From an uncultured Lentisphaeraceae bacterium (GTDB lineage Bacteria; Verrucomicrobiota; Kiritimatiellia; RFP12; UBA1067), in assembly GCA_964636295.1 (NCBI GenBank), contig CAZWQY010000006.1, positions 10,486-74,485 on the forward strand: a stretch of 64,000 nucleotides of DNA, read 5' to 3'. The position numbers and the translations under genes were made by a program. Below the pieces are notes generated by a model. It did no database searches, had not been told where the DNA came from, and saw only the letters and a list, made by a program, of their open reading frames with translations. Shown piece after piece: positions 25,925 to 35,747 of this stretch (positions are counted from its first letter, which is position 1; each line of letters opens with the position of its first letter).

Positions 25925-27016
25925 CTAGACGACGGGGCGGATGTACTTCGCCTTGACGGCGCGCCACAGGACGACGCAGAAGGCGGAGAGCGGAATCGCG
26001 AGCAGCATGCCGAGCACCGGGCCGAGCACCGTTGACCAGAAGAAGAAGCTGAAGATGACGCCCGCATAGCCGAGGCCCGTCTTGTTCCCCTGGATGCGCG
26101 GCGTGATCAGGTAGCCGTCCAGGAACTGCCCGGCGAGCCAGACGGCCAGCACGAGGAGCAGCCGCGTCAGGGAGCCGCCGTGCGGGAAGTAGGCGAGCGG
26201 AAGCGCGAGCGGGAGGCAGACGACCGAGCCGAAGAGCGGGATCAGGTTCAGGACGCCCAGCGCGAAGCCGACGAGGAAGCCGTACGGAAGCCCGACGAGC
26301 CAGAAGCCCGTGCCGTAGAGAAGGCCCTCGATGAGGCAGATGACGGTCTGCCGCTGGAAGAACGAGACGAGGATCTCGATGAAGGAATCGACCTGCGCAG
26401 CGAGGAAGTCGCGCGTCTCCGGCTTGAAGAACGGCAGGTGCGCGACGATTTCGCGGCCGCGCCGGTCTTTCGTCATCAGGAAGAAGACGAAGAAGATCAG
26501 CGTGACGAGCGCCGAGAGGACGCCGGTCAGGCACTTGAGCGCGCTTGTCCCCGCCTTGAGGGCCGTCGCGCCGTACTTCGCGTAGGCGTCGCCGAGGTCG
26601 TCGGGCCAGCCGAACTGGGCGAGCAGGGCGTGGAACTTCGGGAACGTCGTCTGGAACCAGGAGACGACCTGGTGGACGAGCGCCGGGCCTTGCGTGAGGA
26701 GATTCGAGATCTGGTCGATGATGACGGCGCCCGCATACCAGAGCAGGAGGCCGAGCGGCAGAAAGACCGTCAGGAGCATGGCGACGAGCGCGAGGGACGG
26801 GTTCTTCACGAGGTTCTTCCACCAGCCGTAGTAGGGCTTGAAGAAGAGCGCGAGGAAGAAGCCGAACAGGACTGGCACGATGGCCGCCGAGGCGAAGGCG
26901 AGGGCCTTCAGCACGCCCCAGGCGATGGCGGCGACAAACGCGGCGACGACGGCGACCGAGACGGACGTCAGCCCGTTTGCGATCACCTTTTTCTGAGTTT
27001 CCGTCAATTCGATCAT
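25925..27016 (-). CDS. AI-2E family (PerM/UPF0118) transporter
   Basis: Polytopic protein with family-typical ends (LIPLFGSVVCLPLALPLAYF...VIFSFFFWSTVLGPVLGMLLAIPL). The start is moved to ATG 27016 because the listed N-extension MWYNAR is the translated TGGTATAAT promoter box. Confidence 0.8.
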   Translation of the reverse strand: MIELTETQKKVIANGLTSVSVAVVAAFVAAIAWGVLKALAFASAAIVPVLFGFFLALFFKPYYGWWKNLVKNPSLALVAMLLTVFLPLGLLLWYAGAVIIDQISNLLTQGPALVHQVVSWFQTTFPKFHALLAQFGWPDDLGDAYAKYGATALKAGTSALKCLTGVLSALVTLIFFVFFLMTKDRRGREIVAHLPFFKPETRDFLAAQVDSFIEILVSFFQRQTVICLIEGLLYGTGFWLVGLPYGFLVGFALGVLNLIPLFGSVVCLPLALPLAYFPHGGSLTRLLLVLAVWLAGQFLDGYLITPRIQGNKTGLGYAGVIFSFFFWSTVLGPVLGMLLAIPLSAFCVVLWRAVKAKYIRPVV

Positions 27017-27022
27017 GCGGGC

Positions 27023-27031
27023 ATTATACCA
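27023..27031 (-). promoter_or_regulatory. Extended -10 box TGGTATAAT, 6 nt before the AI-2E transporter ATG (leaderless)
   Basis: Minus strand: TGGTATAAT-GCCCGC-ATG(27016). Confidence 0.7.
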
Positions 27032-27052
27032 CAAATGGCCGTGCGCCCGTTA

Positions 27053-27061
27053 TGGTATAAT
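27053..27061 (+). promoter_or_regulatory. Extended -10 box TGGTATAAT upstream of the GHL10-like gene (35-nt leader)
   Basis: Divergent partner of the 27023 box. Confidence 0.6.
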
Positions 27062-27096
27062 GGCGGAAAAAGACTTGAGTTGACAGAATTGACACA

Positions 27097-28677
27097 ATGC
27101 TGAATTCGCTTTTACTGGCCGCGCTCGTCGTTGCGCACGATCCTGGCTACTACACGTCGCTTGCGAACCATGTCCGCCGCTGGCTGGGGCAGGAGCAGGT
27201 GGCGGCCCGCGTCGTGACGCCGCGCGAGATGTCCGCCGCGCTTGCGTCGGAGCGCATCGCCTTTCTCGTCGGGTTCGCGAATCCGACGGCGGCGGAGATG
27301 AAGACGCTTCGTGCGTTCCGCGCGCGCGGCGGCAAGCTCGTCGTCTTCCATTCCGCGTCGCCGGCCCTGGCCGACCTCCTGGGCGTGAAGCCCGTCGGCT
27401 ATGCGTCCGCGCCCGCGCCGGGCGCGTACAGCCGCATGGTCTTCGCGGCGGGCGCGCTCGCGGGCGCGCCGCTGTCCATCCGCCAGACCTCGACCGTCCT
27501 TCAGCGGGCGCGTCCGATTCCCGGGCGGTCGCGGACGGTCGCGACGTGGGCTGACCGCGCGGGCCGTTCGACGGGCGAGCCGGCCTGGCTGGCGTCCGAC
27601 GCCGGGTTCTGGATGACGCACGTCCTTCTGGCGGACGGCGACGAAGACCAGAAGGCGCGGCTTCTGGGCGCGCTCGTCGGCGCGGCCGATCCGTCGGCCT
27701 GGAGCCTCGCGGGGCATCGGCGGCGGGTGAGCGAAAAGGCCGCCGCGACGCGCGCGTATGCGCTTCGGCAAGTGCCGCGCGCGGGCGAGATCCATGCGAC
27801 GTGGGATCATTCGGGATGCGGGCTCTACCCCGGCGACTGGGGCAAGACGATGCGCGTCCTGCGCGAGGCGCGCGTGACGGATCTCTTCGTCAATGTCGCG
27901 GGCGCGGCGTTCGCCCACTATCCGAGCGCCGTCCTGCCGCGCTCGAAGACGCTGGCGCAGGAGGGCGACCAGATGGCCGCCTGCCTCGCGGCGGCGCGGG
28001 GGACGGGCGTGAGCGTCCATGCCTGGGTCATCTGCTTTTCCGCGACGCGCGGCGCGCCCGCGACGCTGGACGACTACGCGCGGCGCGGCTGGCGGCTGAA
28101 GACGCCGAAGGGCGCGCTCACGGACTATCTCGACCCGTCGAACGCGCAGGTGCGCGGGCGCGTCCTTTCGGCGCTCGACGAGCTGCAGGCGCGCTATCCG
28201 TCGCTCGCGGGCATTCACCTCGACTTCGTGCGCTGGGGCGACGCGGCGGCGAAGCCCCGGAACGCGGCGGCGGTCGTCACGCAGTTCGTCTCCGAGGCGC
28301 GGCGGCGCGTCCGGAACCCGAAATGGCTCACGGCGGCCGTCTACGGCAAGTACCCGGCCTGTGTCGCGACGGTCGGGCAGGACTGGCTCGGCTGGCTGGA
28401 CGCGGGGCTTGTGGACTATCTCGTGCCGATGGACTACTGCGAGTCAAACGCGAAGCTCGAAGAGCTCCTCGTGCAGCAGGCGACGCCGCGCCGCCACGCG
28501 CGCCGCATCGTCGTCGGCCTTGGCGTGACGGCGAACGAGTCGCGGCTGGACGCGCGGCAGGTCATCGAGCAGATCAACTTGGCGCGCAAGTACGGCTTCG
28601 CGGGCGTCTCGCTCTTCGATCTCGACACGACGCTGGAGAAGTCGGTCTTCCCCTATCTGAAACTTGGCATCTGGTGA
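27097..28677 (+). CDS. Glycoside hydrolase-like 10 (GHL10/YngK-type) family protein
   Basis: Signal-like N-terminus. The C-half carries TDLFVNVAGAAFAHYPS...HAWVICF...GIHLDFVRW...YLVPMDY, typical of the GHL10 TIM-barrel family as I recall it. Confidence 0.55.
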   Translation: MLNSLLLAALVVAHDPGYYTSLANHVRRWLGQEQVAARVVTPREMSAALASERIAFLVGFANPTAAEMKTLRAFRARGGKLVVFHSASPALADLLGVKPVGYASAPAPGAYSRMVFAAGALAGAPLSIRQTSTVLQRARPIPGRSRTVATWADRAGRSTGEPAWLASDAGFWMTHVLLADGDEDQKARLLGALVGAADPSAWSLAGHRRRVSEKAAATRAYALRQVPRAGEIHATWDHSGCGLYPGDWGKTMRVLREARVTDLFVNVAGAAFAHYPSAVLPRSKTLAQEGDQMAACLAAARGTGVSVHAWVICFSATRGAPATLDDYARRGWRLKTPKGALTDYLDPSNAQVRGRVLSALDELQARYPSLAGIHLDFVRWGDAAAKPRNAAAVVTQFVSEARRRVRNPKWLTAAVYGKYPACVATVGQDWLGWLDAGLVDYLVPMDYCESNAKLEELLVQQATPRRHARRIVVGLGVTANESRLDARQVIEQINLARKYGFAGVSLFDLDTTLEKSVFPYLKLGIW

Positions 28678-28684
28678 GGCGGCG

Positions 28685-31600
28685 ATGGCAGACGATTTGA
28701 CTCGGTTCTCGGTTTCGCGCGTGACGCGCTTCTACGTTCCGCTCCTGCTGCAGGGGTTTTCGCAGTCGCTGTCCTATCCGCTCGTCGCCGGCATCGTCAC
28801 GCATGGCGCGCACGGCGTCAACGCGCTCACGGCCTTCAGCCAGGGGCAGATGATCATGTTCATGGTCGGCGCGCTGGGCGGCGGACTCGTCACGACGGGG
28901 CTGGTCTTCGCGAAGACGTATTTTGGCTACGTCACGTTCAAGCGGCTCAACGCGCTCATGATGGCGGCCTTGCTCGCGCTCCAGTGTGTGCCCGCGCTGC
29001 CGGGGCTGGACGACTGGGTCTTCGGCGGGTTCTTCCACCTGCCGCCCGACCTTGCGGCCGTCGCGCGGGAAACGCTTCTCTGGGGCGTCTTCATGAACGC
29101 GGGCTTCTTCCTCCGCAACGTGCCGATGGTCGTGCTCTTCAACAACCTCGAAAGCGGCAAGTCAAACAACGCGACGCTGGCGCGCATCCTCGTGACGCTC
29201 GGCTTTTCCGTCGTCTTCCCGCGCGTCGGGCTTGTCGGCCCGTCCTGGGGGCTGTTCGCGCTCACGGTCGGCGTCTGGGTCGAGACGCTTCTCACGTGGC
29301 TCTACGCGTGGCCCTATGTCGCGCAACTCCCGAACCGTCCGGACGGCGCGGACGCGCATCGTCGCCACGCGGCGCTCCTGCCGTCCTCCGCCGCGCTCCT
29401 CGCCGAGCAGTTCAACTTCACGCTGCCGCTCGCGCTCGGCGGCTTCCTGCTCGCGAGCGCGCCGCTCGTCGTCGCGGCGTTCGTCGCGCGCACGGCGCAC
29501 GCGGCGGACATGCTGGCCATCCACTACGTCACGCTCGGCGTCGCGAACCCCGTCGCGTTCGCCGCGCTGAAGCTCCAGACGGTCTCCGTCAAGTTCCTGC
29601 CGGAATATCCCGGCGACCGTCGGCTGCTCGCCTACGCCATTGTCGCGGGCCTGTGCCTGGGGGTCATTCCGCTTCTCTTCTCGACGGCGCTCGTCGGCGA
29701 CTGGTACTTCGGCACGTTCCAGAACGTGCCCGCGCGCATTCGCCCGACGGCGCGGCTCGCGATCGGAATCTATTCGCTCATTGCCGTCATCCATGCCGTG
29801 CGTGCCCGGATCGAGGGCATCGCCGCCGCGCAGAAGCGTCCGAAGGCGGTCATGTGCGGGCAGATCGCCTACACGCTCTCGCTGTTTGCGACGCTGGCGC
29901 TCCTCCTGCCGCTCGGCGTCCCCGGCTGGGCGATGGCCGTCACGGCGATTTTCGTCGCGCCGATCTGCGTGACGCTCACGGTCTATGCGGCGTTGGCCGT
30001 GTCGGCGCGCGGAATCCGTCCCGTCCTCGTCCCGTTCGCCCTCGCCGCGCTTCTCCTGACGGGGACGGCTTCGGCGTCCGTGGGCGAGATGGTCGATTGG
30101 ATCGATCCGATGATCGGTTCCGTGACGTATCCGCCGACGGAGCTGGCGGGACGCAACAAGGGGGACGGCGCGATCCACGGCTGCGGCAAGACGTTCCCCG
30201 GCGCGGCGACGCCGTTCGGGCAAGTCCAGCTCTCGCCCGACACGATTACGGGTGGCGACAACGGATCGGGCTATTCGTATCCGATGCGGACGATCGAGGG
30301 CTTCAGCTTCCTCCACATGAGCGGTGTCGGCGCGTACGGCGAGTTCGGCAATTTTCAGGTCATGCCGACGACGGGCCCGCGCGTGCTCGACCGCGAACGG
30401 GCGTGTTCGCCGTTCGACCACGCCCGCGAGACGGCGAAGGCCGGGTCCTACCGCGTCTCCCTCGACCGCTACGGCGTGGACGTCGAGCTGACGGCCGCGC
30501 GGACGGCGGGGATGCTGCGCTTTGCCTATCCGCCGACGGCGAACGCGCGCGTGCAGATCGACCTGGGGCGGCGGATCGGGCAGATGGAACGCTGGCTCGC
30601 GCATTCCGAGCAGCAGGTCACGGTCGTGGACGATCGGACGATCGAGGGCCGCATGACGTGTTCGGAGAAGGACGGCGGCTGGATTCATCTCGACGGGAAG
30701 GTCAACTACACGGTCTACTTCCACGCCGCGTTTTCCGAGCCGTTCCGGACGACGGGCGTCTGCGACAAGGGCGAGCTTCAGCCGCCGTCGGCCGTCCACA
30801 CGGGGACGAACCTCCTCTTCTTTGCGGAGTTCGGCAGGCTGGCGAAGCCCCTGGTGATGTCCGCCGGCATCTCGTTCGAGTCGATTGCGGACGCGCGGGC
30901 GAATCATGCGCGCGACGTGCGCGGGCGGACGTTCGAGTCCGTGCGGGACGCGGCGCGGGCGTCTTGGGCGGCGGCGCTGTCGGGCATTTCCGTCACGGGC
31001 GGCACGGCGAAGGAACGGACGATTTTCGCGACGGCGCTCTACCACGCCTTCCTCGATCCGCGCGAAGTCGGGCGCGGCGACGGATTCGTCCGCCGGACGG
31101 TCTTTTCGGGCTGGGACGTCTTCCGCAGCGAAATGCCGCTGCTGACGCTTTTGCGTCCGGACGTGGTGTCGGACACGATCAACTCGATGATGGAAACGGT
31201 GACGTCGGGCAAGCGGACGACCTTGCCGCGTTGGGACATCTTCGGCTGTGCGTCGGGCTGCATGATTGGTCAGCCGATTGTTTCCGTGATGGCGGATGCC
31301 TATGAGAAGGGCATTCGCACGTTCGACGCGGCGCGGGCGCTCGACCTTGCCTGTCGTTCGCTGGAGGTCGAGTCGAACCGCCGCGATCTTGGGTTCACGC
31401 CGGGCAGCCTGTCGTGTACGCTGGAGTACGCCTACAACGACTGGTGCTGCGCGCGCCTCGCCGAGATGACGGGGCGGAAGGACGTGGCGGCGCGCTACGA
31501 CGCCTACGCGCAGTTCTACACGAACTGCTGGTCGCGCGAAGCGGGCTGGATGCGGGCGCGGACGGCCGACGGCGGCTGGCTGCCGTGGAAGGGGCGCGAG

Positions 31601-32191
31601 GCGCACGGGCAGGGCTGCGTCGAGGCGAACCCCTGGCAGCAGGGGTGGTTTGTGCCGCACGATCCCGACGGTCTCATTCGCCTCATGGGCGGTAAGGCTC
31701 GCTTTACGGCGGAACTGGAGGCGTTCTTCAATGCGACGCCGGACGATTTCGGCTGGTGCGATTCCTACAACCATCCGAACGAGCCGTGCCACACGCTGCC
31801 GTTCCTCTTCGCGCTGTCGGAGAAGCCGGAGCTCGTCTCGACGTGGACGCGGCGGATTTGCGCGCGCGCCTACGACGTGGGGCCGTACGGGCTTTGCGGC
31901 AACGACGACGTCGGGCAGATGAGCGCCTGGTACGTGCTGGCGGCGATTGGCCTTCATCCGCTCTGCCCTGGCGACGGAAAGTGGTATCTCTGCGCCCCGC
32001 TGTTCAAGGAGACGGTCATTCGCCTCGACCCCGCGTATTACGCGGGCGGCACGTTCACGATCCGCGCGCCCGCCGCCGATGCGGCGCACGGACGGATTCG
32101 CGCCGTGCGCCTCAACGGGAAGCCGCTTGACCGCCCTTATGTCACCACGGCGGAAGTTGCGGCCGGCGGCGTCCTCGAATTCGACTTGTAG
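28685..32191 (+). CDS. Polytopic membrane domain (about 440 aa) fused in frame to a GH92 alpha-mannosidase domain
   Basis: GH92 hallmarks: GCGKTFPGAATPFGQVQLSPDT, EGFSFLHMSGVGAYGEF, YAYNDWC, GNDDVGQMSAWYV. No stop separates the upstream hydrophobic domain. ATG 28685 is preceded by GAGGCGG. Confidence 0.8.
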   Translation: MADDLTRFSVSRVTRFYVPLLLQGFSQSLSYPLVAGIVTHGAHGVNALTAFSQGQMIMFMVGALGGGLVTTGLVFAKTYFGYVTFKRLNALMMAALLALQCVPALPGLDDWVFGGFFHLPPDLAAVARETLLWGVFMNAGFFLRNVPMVVLFNNLESGKSNNATLARILVTLGFSVVFPRVGLVGPSWGLFALTVGVWVETLLTWLYAWPYVAQLPNRPDGADAHRRHAALLPSSAALLAEQFNFTLPLALGGFLLASAPLVVAAFVARTAHAADMLAIHYVTLGVANPVAFAALKLQTVSVKFLPEYPGDRRLLAYAIVAGLCLGVIPLLFSTALVGDWYFGTFQNVPARIRPTARLAIGIYSLIAVIHAVRARIEGIAAAQKRPKAVMCGQIAYTLSLFATLALLLPLGVPGWAMAVTAIFVAPICVTLTVYAALAVSARGIRPVLVPFALAALLLTGTASASVGEMVDWIDPMIGSVTYPPTELAGRNKGDGAIHGCGKTFPGAATPFGQVQLSPDTITGGDNGSGYSYPMRTIEGFSFLHMSGVGAYGEFGNFQVMPTTGPRVLDRERACSPFDHARETAKAGSYRVSLDRYGVDVELTAARTAGMLRFAYPPTANARVQIDLGRRIGQMERWLAHSEQQVTVVDDRTIEGRMTCSEKDGGWIHLDGKVNYTVYFHAAFSEPFRTTGVCDKGELQPPSAVHTGTNLLFFAEFGRLAKPLVMSAGISFESIADARANHARDVRGRTFESVRDAARASWAAALSGISVTGGTAKERTIFATALYHAFLDPREVGRGDGFVRRTVFSGWDVFRSEMPLLTLLRPDVVSDTINSMMETVTSGKRTTLPRWDIFGCASGCMIGQPIVSVMADAYEKGIRTFDAARALDLACRSLEVESNRRDLGFTPGSLSCTLEYAYNDWCCARLAEMTGRKDVAARYDAYAQFYTNCWSREAGWMRARTADGGWLPWKGREAHGQGCVEANPWQQGWFVPHDPDGLIRLMGGKARFTAELEAFFNATPDDFGWCDSYNHPNEPCHTLPFLFALSEKPELVSTWTRRICARAYDVGPYGLCGNDDVGQMSAWYVLAAIGLHPLCPGDGKWYLCAPLFKETVIRLDPAYYAGGTFTIRAPAADAAHGRIRAVRLNGKPLDRPYVTTAEVAAGGVLEFDL

Positions 32192-32213
32192 CCGCCGTCT
32201 TCGGCGAGTTTTT
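32192..32213 (+). terminator. Weak intrinsic terminator after the GH92 fusion gene
   Basis: CGCCG-TCTT-CGGCG followed by AGTTTTT. Confidence 0.35.
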
Positions 32214-32221
32214 GCTATAAT
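32213..32221 (+). promoter_or_regulatory. Extended -10 box TGCTATAAT, 8 nt before the asd ATG (leaderless)
   Basis: TGCTATAAT-ACGCGCCC-ATG(32230). Confidence 0.7.
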
Positions 32222-32229
32222 ACGCGCCC

Positions 32230-33243
32230 ATGAAAGAGTATGCGGTCGGTTTGGTTGGCGTCGGCGCGGTCGGCGCCGAGATGATCAAGGTCCTCAAGGA
32301 GCGCAAGTTCCCGCTGAAAGGGCAGGTGCAGGTCTTTGCCTCGCGTGCGCGCGACGAGAAGATTCTGGGCGAGACGTACCATGTGCGCAAGGCCGACGAG
32401 AACTGCTTCAACGGGCTGGACATCGTCCTGTTCGCCGGCAAGACCGACGTCGCGATCCAGCTGCGGGACGCCTGCGTGAAGGCGGGCGCGAAGATGATCG
32501 ACAACTCGCGCGCGTTCCGCCAGGATCCGGACGTGCCGCTCGTCGTCCCGCAGGTGAACGCCGAAGACCTCGACTGGAACAAGGGCGTCATCGCGAACCC
32601 GAACTGCACGACGGCGATCATGCTGGAGGCCGTCGCGCCGCTTCACCGGGCGAAGGGCCTCAAGCGTCTCATCGCCTCGACCTACCAGGCCGCGTCGGGC
32701 GCCGGCGCGCCGGGGCTGGACGAGCTGGAAGGGCAGATCCGCGCCTACGCGAAGGGCGAGCCGCTGGCGGTCAAGGCGTTCCAGCACCAGCTCATGTGCA
32801 ACCTGATTCCGCACATCGACAAGTTCGACGAGACGAACTGGTACACGCTGGAGGAGCTGAAGATGCGCAACGAGGCGCGCAAGATGCTGCACCTGCCGGA
32901 TCTGCATCTCTCCTGCACGTGTGTGCGCGTGCCGATCGCGCGGGCGCACTCCGAGTCGCTGAACCTCGAGTTCGAGAACGAGATCACGCCAGAGGAGGCG
33001 CGCGAGATTCTGCAGGCGGCCGAGGGCGTGCGCGTCGTCGACGATCCGCTCGGCGGCGGCTATCCGATGCCGCTGGACGCGACGGCGAAGTATGACGTCC
33101 TCGCCGGGCGCATCCGCCGCGACATTTCGCGCGACGACAACCGGGGGCTGGAGATGTTCGTCTCCGGCGACCAGCTGCTGCGCGGCGCGGCGCTGAACGC
33201 CGTCGAGATTGCGGAGCACCTGATCAAGCGGAATCTCGTTTAA
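32230..33243 (+). CDS. asd: Aspartate-semialdehyde dehydrogenase
   Basis: VGLVGVGAVGAEM (NAD(P) fold), IANPNCTTAIM (active-site Cys) and SGDQLLRGAALNAVEIAE. The ATG is 8 nt after TGCTATAAT. Confidence 0.9.
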   Translation: MKEYAVGLVGVGAVGAEMIKVLKERKFPLKGQVQVFASRARDEKILGETYHVRKADENCFNGLDIVLFAGKTDVAIQLRDACVKAGAKMIDNSRAFRQDPDVPLVVPQVNAEDLDWNKGVIANPNCTTAIMLEAVAPLHRAKGLKRLIASTYQAASGAGAPGLDELEGQIRAYAKGEPLAVKAFQHQLMCNLIPHIDKFDETNWYTLEELKMRNEARKMLHLPDLHLSCTCVRVPIARAHSESLNLEFENEITPEEAREILQAAEGVRVVDDPLGGGYPMPLDATAKYDVLAGRIRRDISRDDNRGLEMFVSGDQLLRGAALNAVEIAEHLIKRNLV

Positions 33244-35747
33244 TGTATCTCAAGCACCTCGAGATCATCGGCTTCAAGTCGTTTGCGGATCGCACGCGGC
33301 TCGACTTCGACCCCGGGCTGATTGCAATCGTCGGCCCGAACGGGTGCGGCAAGTCCAACGTGTCGGACGCGATCCGCTGGGTTCTCGGCGAGCAGAAGCC
33401 GACGGCGCTCCGCTGCTCGAAGCTCGTGGACGTCGTCTTCAACGGCACGGACACGCGCAAGCCGCTGGGCCTCGCCGAGGTCTCGATCACCTTCACCGAC
33501 TGCGAGAAGGAACTGGGGACCGACTATCACGAGGTGACGATCACCCGCCGCGTCTACCGCGACGGTTCGGGCGAGTACTTCATCAACAAGCAGCAGAGCC
33601 GCCTCAAGGATGTCCAGCACCTCTTCATGGGCACGGGCATCGGCACGAGCTCGTACTCCGTCATGGCCCAGGGCCAGATCGACGCGATTCTCTCGTCGAA
33701 GCCCGAAGACCGCCGCGCCGTCTTCGAGGAGGCCGCCGGCATCACGAAGTTCAAGGCCGACCGCAAGGACGCTCTCCGCAAGATCGAGCAGACCGAGCAG
33801 AACCTCCTGCGCGAGGCGGACGTCCTGCGCGAGATGAAGCGTCAGATCGCCTCGCTTCAGCGGCAGGTCGGCAAGGCCCAGAAGTACAAGGAACTGCGCG
33901 ACCAGCTGCGCGGGCTCGACATCTACGTCTCGAAGAACCGCATCCACGGCTACGACGAGGAACTGGAGCAGAACGCCCGCAGCCGCAACGAGATCGACGC
34001 GGCGATTGCCGAGGCGCAGGACACCGTGACGGCGGCGGAGAGTCTGGCGCAGGATCTGCACGCGCAGATCCACGTGCTGGAAGACCGCCTTCAGGCGCTT
34101 GCCGGCCAGCAGGCCGCCGCCGAGGCCGAATACGCCCGCGCGCGCGAGGTGATCGGCGTCAACGCGACGCGCGTCGAGGAATACCGCGCCTACATCGCCC
34201 GCGACCGCAACGAGATCGTCCAGACGAAGACGACGCTGGAGGAAGTCGCGATGCAGGCCGAGTCGCTCGACCAGAAGGCGCAGCTCCTGACGGACTCGCT
34301 GTCGGCCGCGAAGGAGGCTTTGGAGGCCGAGGAGGCCGATTTCAACGCCTTGCAGGACGCGATTGACGCGCAGCGCGCCGAAGTCGCGGCGAAGCGGCGC
34401 GAGGTCGCCGACACGACGCGCACGGGCACGCTCGTCAACGATGCGGACGTGAACCGCAACGGCGCCGTCGAGACGTGGCGGGCCGGGACGACCGTGACGA
34501 CGATGATGAAGCGCGAGGATTTGATGGCGCTCGTCACGTCCGCCGAGGACGCGCTGCGCGAGATGGAGCTCAAGCACATTCCTGCCTCCCAGCGGCTCAC
34601 CGAGCGGCGCATCGCCGCGAGCCAGATGGAGCAGGAGCTGTCGTTCATCGGCCAGCAGCGCGACGCGGCGAACCGGCGGCGTTCGGAGCTGGCGCACGCG
34701 GTTTCGGGGCGCGAAGACCAGATCGCCGGCTACGAGGACTCGATTCGCCGGCTGACGGACGAGTCGGGCGACCTCCTCTCCCAGCTCGACGAGCTCAAGG
34801 AGAAGGCTTCGGCGTTCGTTGACTGCATCAACGACGGGCGCGGCCAGCGCGCCGAGATGCTGGAGAAGATCGCCGTTGCCGACCAGGACGCCGCGCGCAA
34901 GCGCGCCGACCTCGACCGCGCGAAGGACGTGCGGAGCCGACTGGAGGTCGCGTCCGCCGAGGCGACGATGCGCCGCCAGAACGTCTACGAGCATTTGCAG
35001 GACGAGTACGGCCTCTTCGCCGACGCCGTCATGCGCGAGCCGGATCCGGAGTGGAAGAAGGGCGTCGTGCCGCCGCTGTCGGAACTGGAGGGAACGGTCG
35101 GCCGCCTGCAGGCCGAGATCGCCGCGCTTGGCCCGGTCAACATGGTCGCGATCGACGAGTGCCGCGAGCTGGAGGAGCGCTATGCGAAGGAGAAGGCGCA
35201 GGAAGAAGACCTCCTCGCCGCGAAGGCGCAGCTCCTCGACCTCATCAACAACCTGAACGGCACGTCGGGCGGGATGTTCCGCTCGACCTTCGAGCAGGCG
35301 AACAAGAACTTCCAGACGATGTTCACGCGGCTCTTCGGCGGCGGCGAGGCGCGGCTCGTCCTCTTGGAGAACGAGGAAGACCCGCTGGAATGCGGCATCG
35401 ACATCATCGCCCGTCCGCCCGGGAAGCGTCCGCAGTCCGTCACGCTTCTCTCCGGCGGCGAGCGCACGATGACGGCGGTTGCGCTCCTGTTCTCGATCTT
35501 CATGATCAAGCCGGCGCCGTTCTGCATGCTGGACGAGCTGGACGCGGCCCTTGACGACGCGAACATCGGCCGCTTCGTCGAGCAGCTCAAGGAGTTCCTG
35601 CGCCAGTCGCAGTTCCTCATCATCACGCACAACCAGCACACGATCGCGGGTTCGGATCTCGTCTACGGCGTCTCGCAGCAGGAGAAGGGCGTCTCGCGCG
35701 TCATCTCGATGAAGCTCTCCGACCTCGGCGTCAAGGCGAAGAAGTGA
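33243..35747 (+). CDS. smc: SMC-family chromosome partition ATPase, unusually short (834 aa)
   Basis: Head N-terminus MYLKHLEIIGFKSFADRTRLDF...IVGPNGCGKSNVSDAIRWVLGEQ. C-head has LSGGERTMTAVALLFSIFMIKPAPFCMLDELDAALD. Long coiled coils lie between them. Confidence 0.8.
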   Translation: MYLKHLEIIGFKSFADRTRLDFDPGLIAIVGPNGCGKSNVSDAIRWVLGEQKPTALRCSKLVDVVFNGTDTRKPLGLAEVSITFTDCEKELGTDYHEVTITRRVYRDGSGEYFINKQQSRLKDVQHLFMGTGIGTSSYSVMAQGQIDAILSSKPEDRRAVFEEAAGITKFKADRKDALRKIEQTEQNLLREADVLREMKRQIASLQRQVGKAQKYKELRDQLRGLDIYVSKNRIHGYDEELEQNARSRNEIDAAIAEAQDTVTAAESLAQDLHAQIHVLEDRLQALAGQQAAAEAEYARAREVIGVNATRVEEYRAYIARDRNEIVQTKTTLEEVAMQAESLDQKAQLLTDSLSAAKEALEAEEADFNALQDAIDAQRAEVAAKRREVADTTRTGTLVNDADVNRNGAVETWRAGTTVTTMMKREDLMALVTSAEDALREMELKHIPASQRLTERRIAASQMEQELSFIGQQRDAANRRRSELAHAVSGREDQIAGYEDSIRRLTDESGDLLSQLDELKEKASAFVDCINDGRGQRAEMLEKIAVADQDAARKRADLDRAKDVRSRLEVASAEATMRRQNVYEHLQDEYGLFADAVMREPDPEWKKGVVPPLSELEGTVGRLQAEIAALGPVNMVAIDECRELEERYAKEKAQEEDLLAAKAQLLDLINNLNGTSGGMFRSTFEQANKNFQTMFTRLFGGGEARLVLLENEEDPLECGIDIIARPPGKRPQSVTLLSGGERTMTAVALLFSIFMIKPAPFCMLDELDAALDDANIGRFVEQLKEFLRQSQFLIITHNQHTIAGSDLVYGVSQQEKGVSRVISMKLSDLGVKAKK

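Noticed and set aside
21640-26067. 1475-aa ORF antisense to dnaE. Similar long antisense or out-of-frame ORFs occur at 29162-32089, 33240-35819, 35663-37588, 56405-58252, 47379-49373 and 4616-6079.
   Set aside because: Their translations are Arg/Ala/Pro/Gly-rich and low in complexity, with no recognisable motifs. They lie opposite or out of frame to genes with unambiguous homology. They are typical shadow ORFs of high-G+C DNA, where stop codons are rare.
27017-27034. ORF-track N-terminal extensions of several genes (27034, 39919, 51431, 60083, 54205 and 16891-17370).
   Set aside because: Each extension reads through the TGnTATAAT promoter box, giving W-Y-N or W-Y-T peptides, or lacks any homology. 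Downstream ATGs coincide with the family N-termini.
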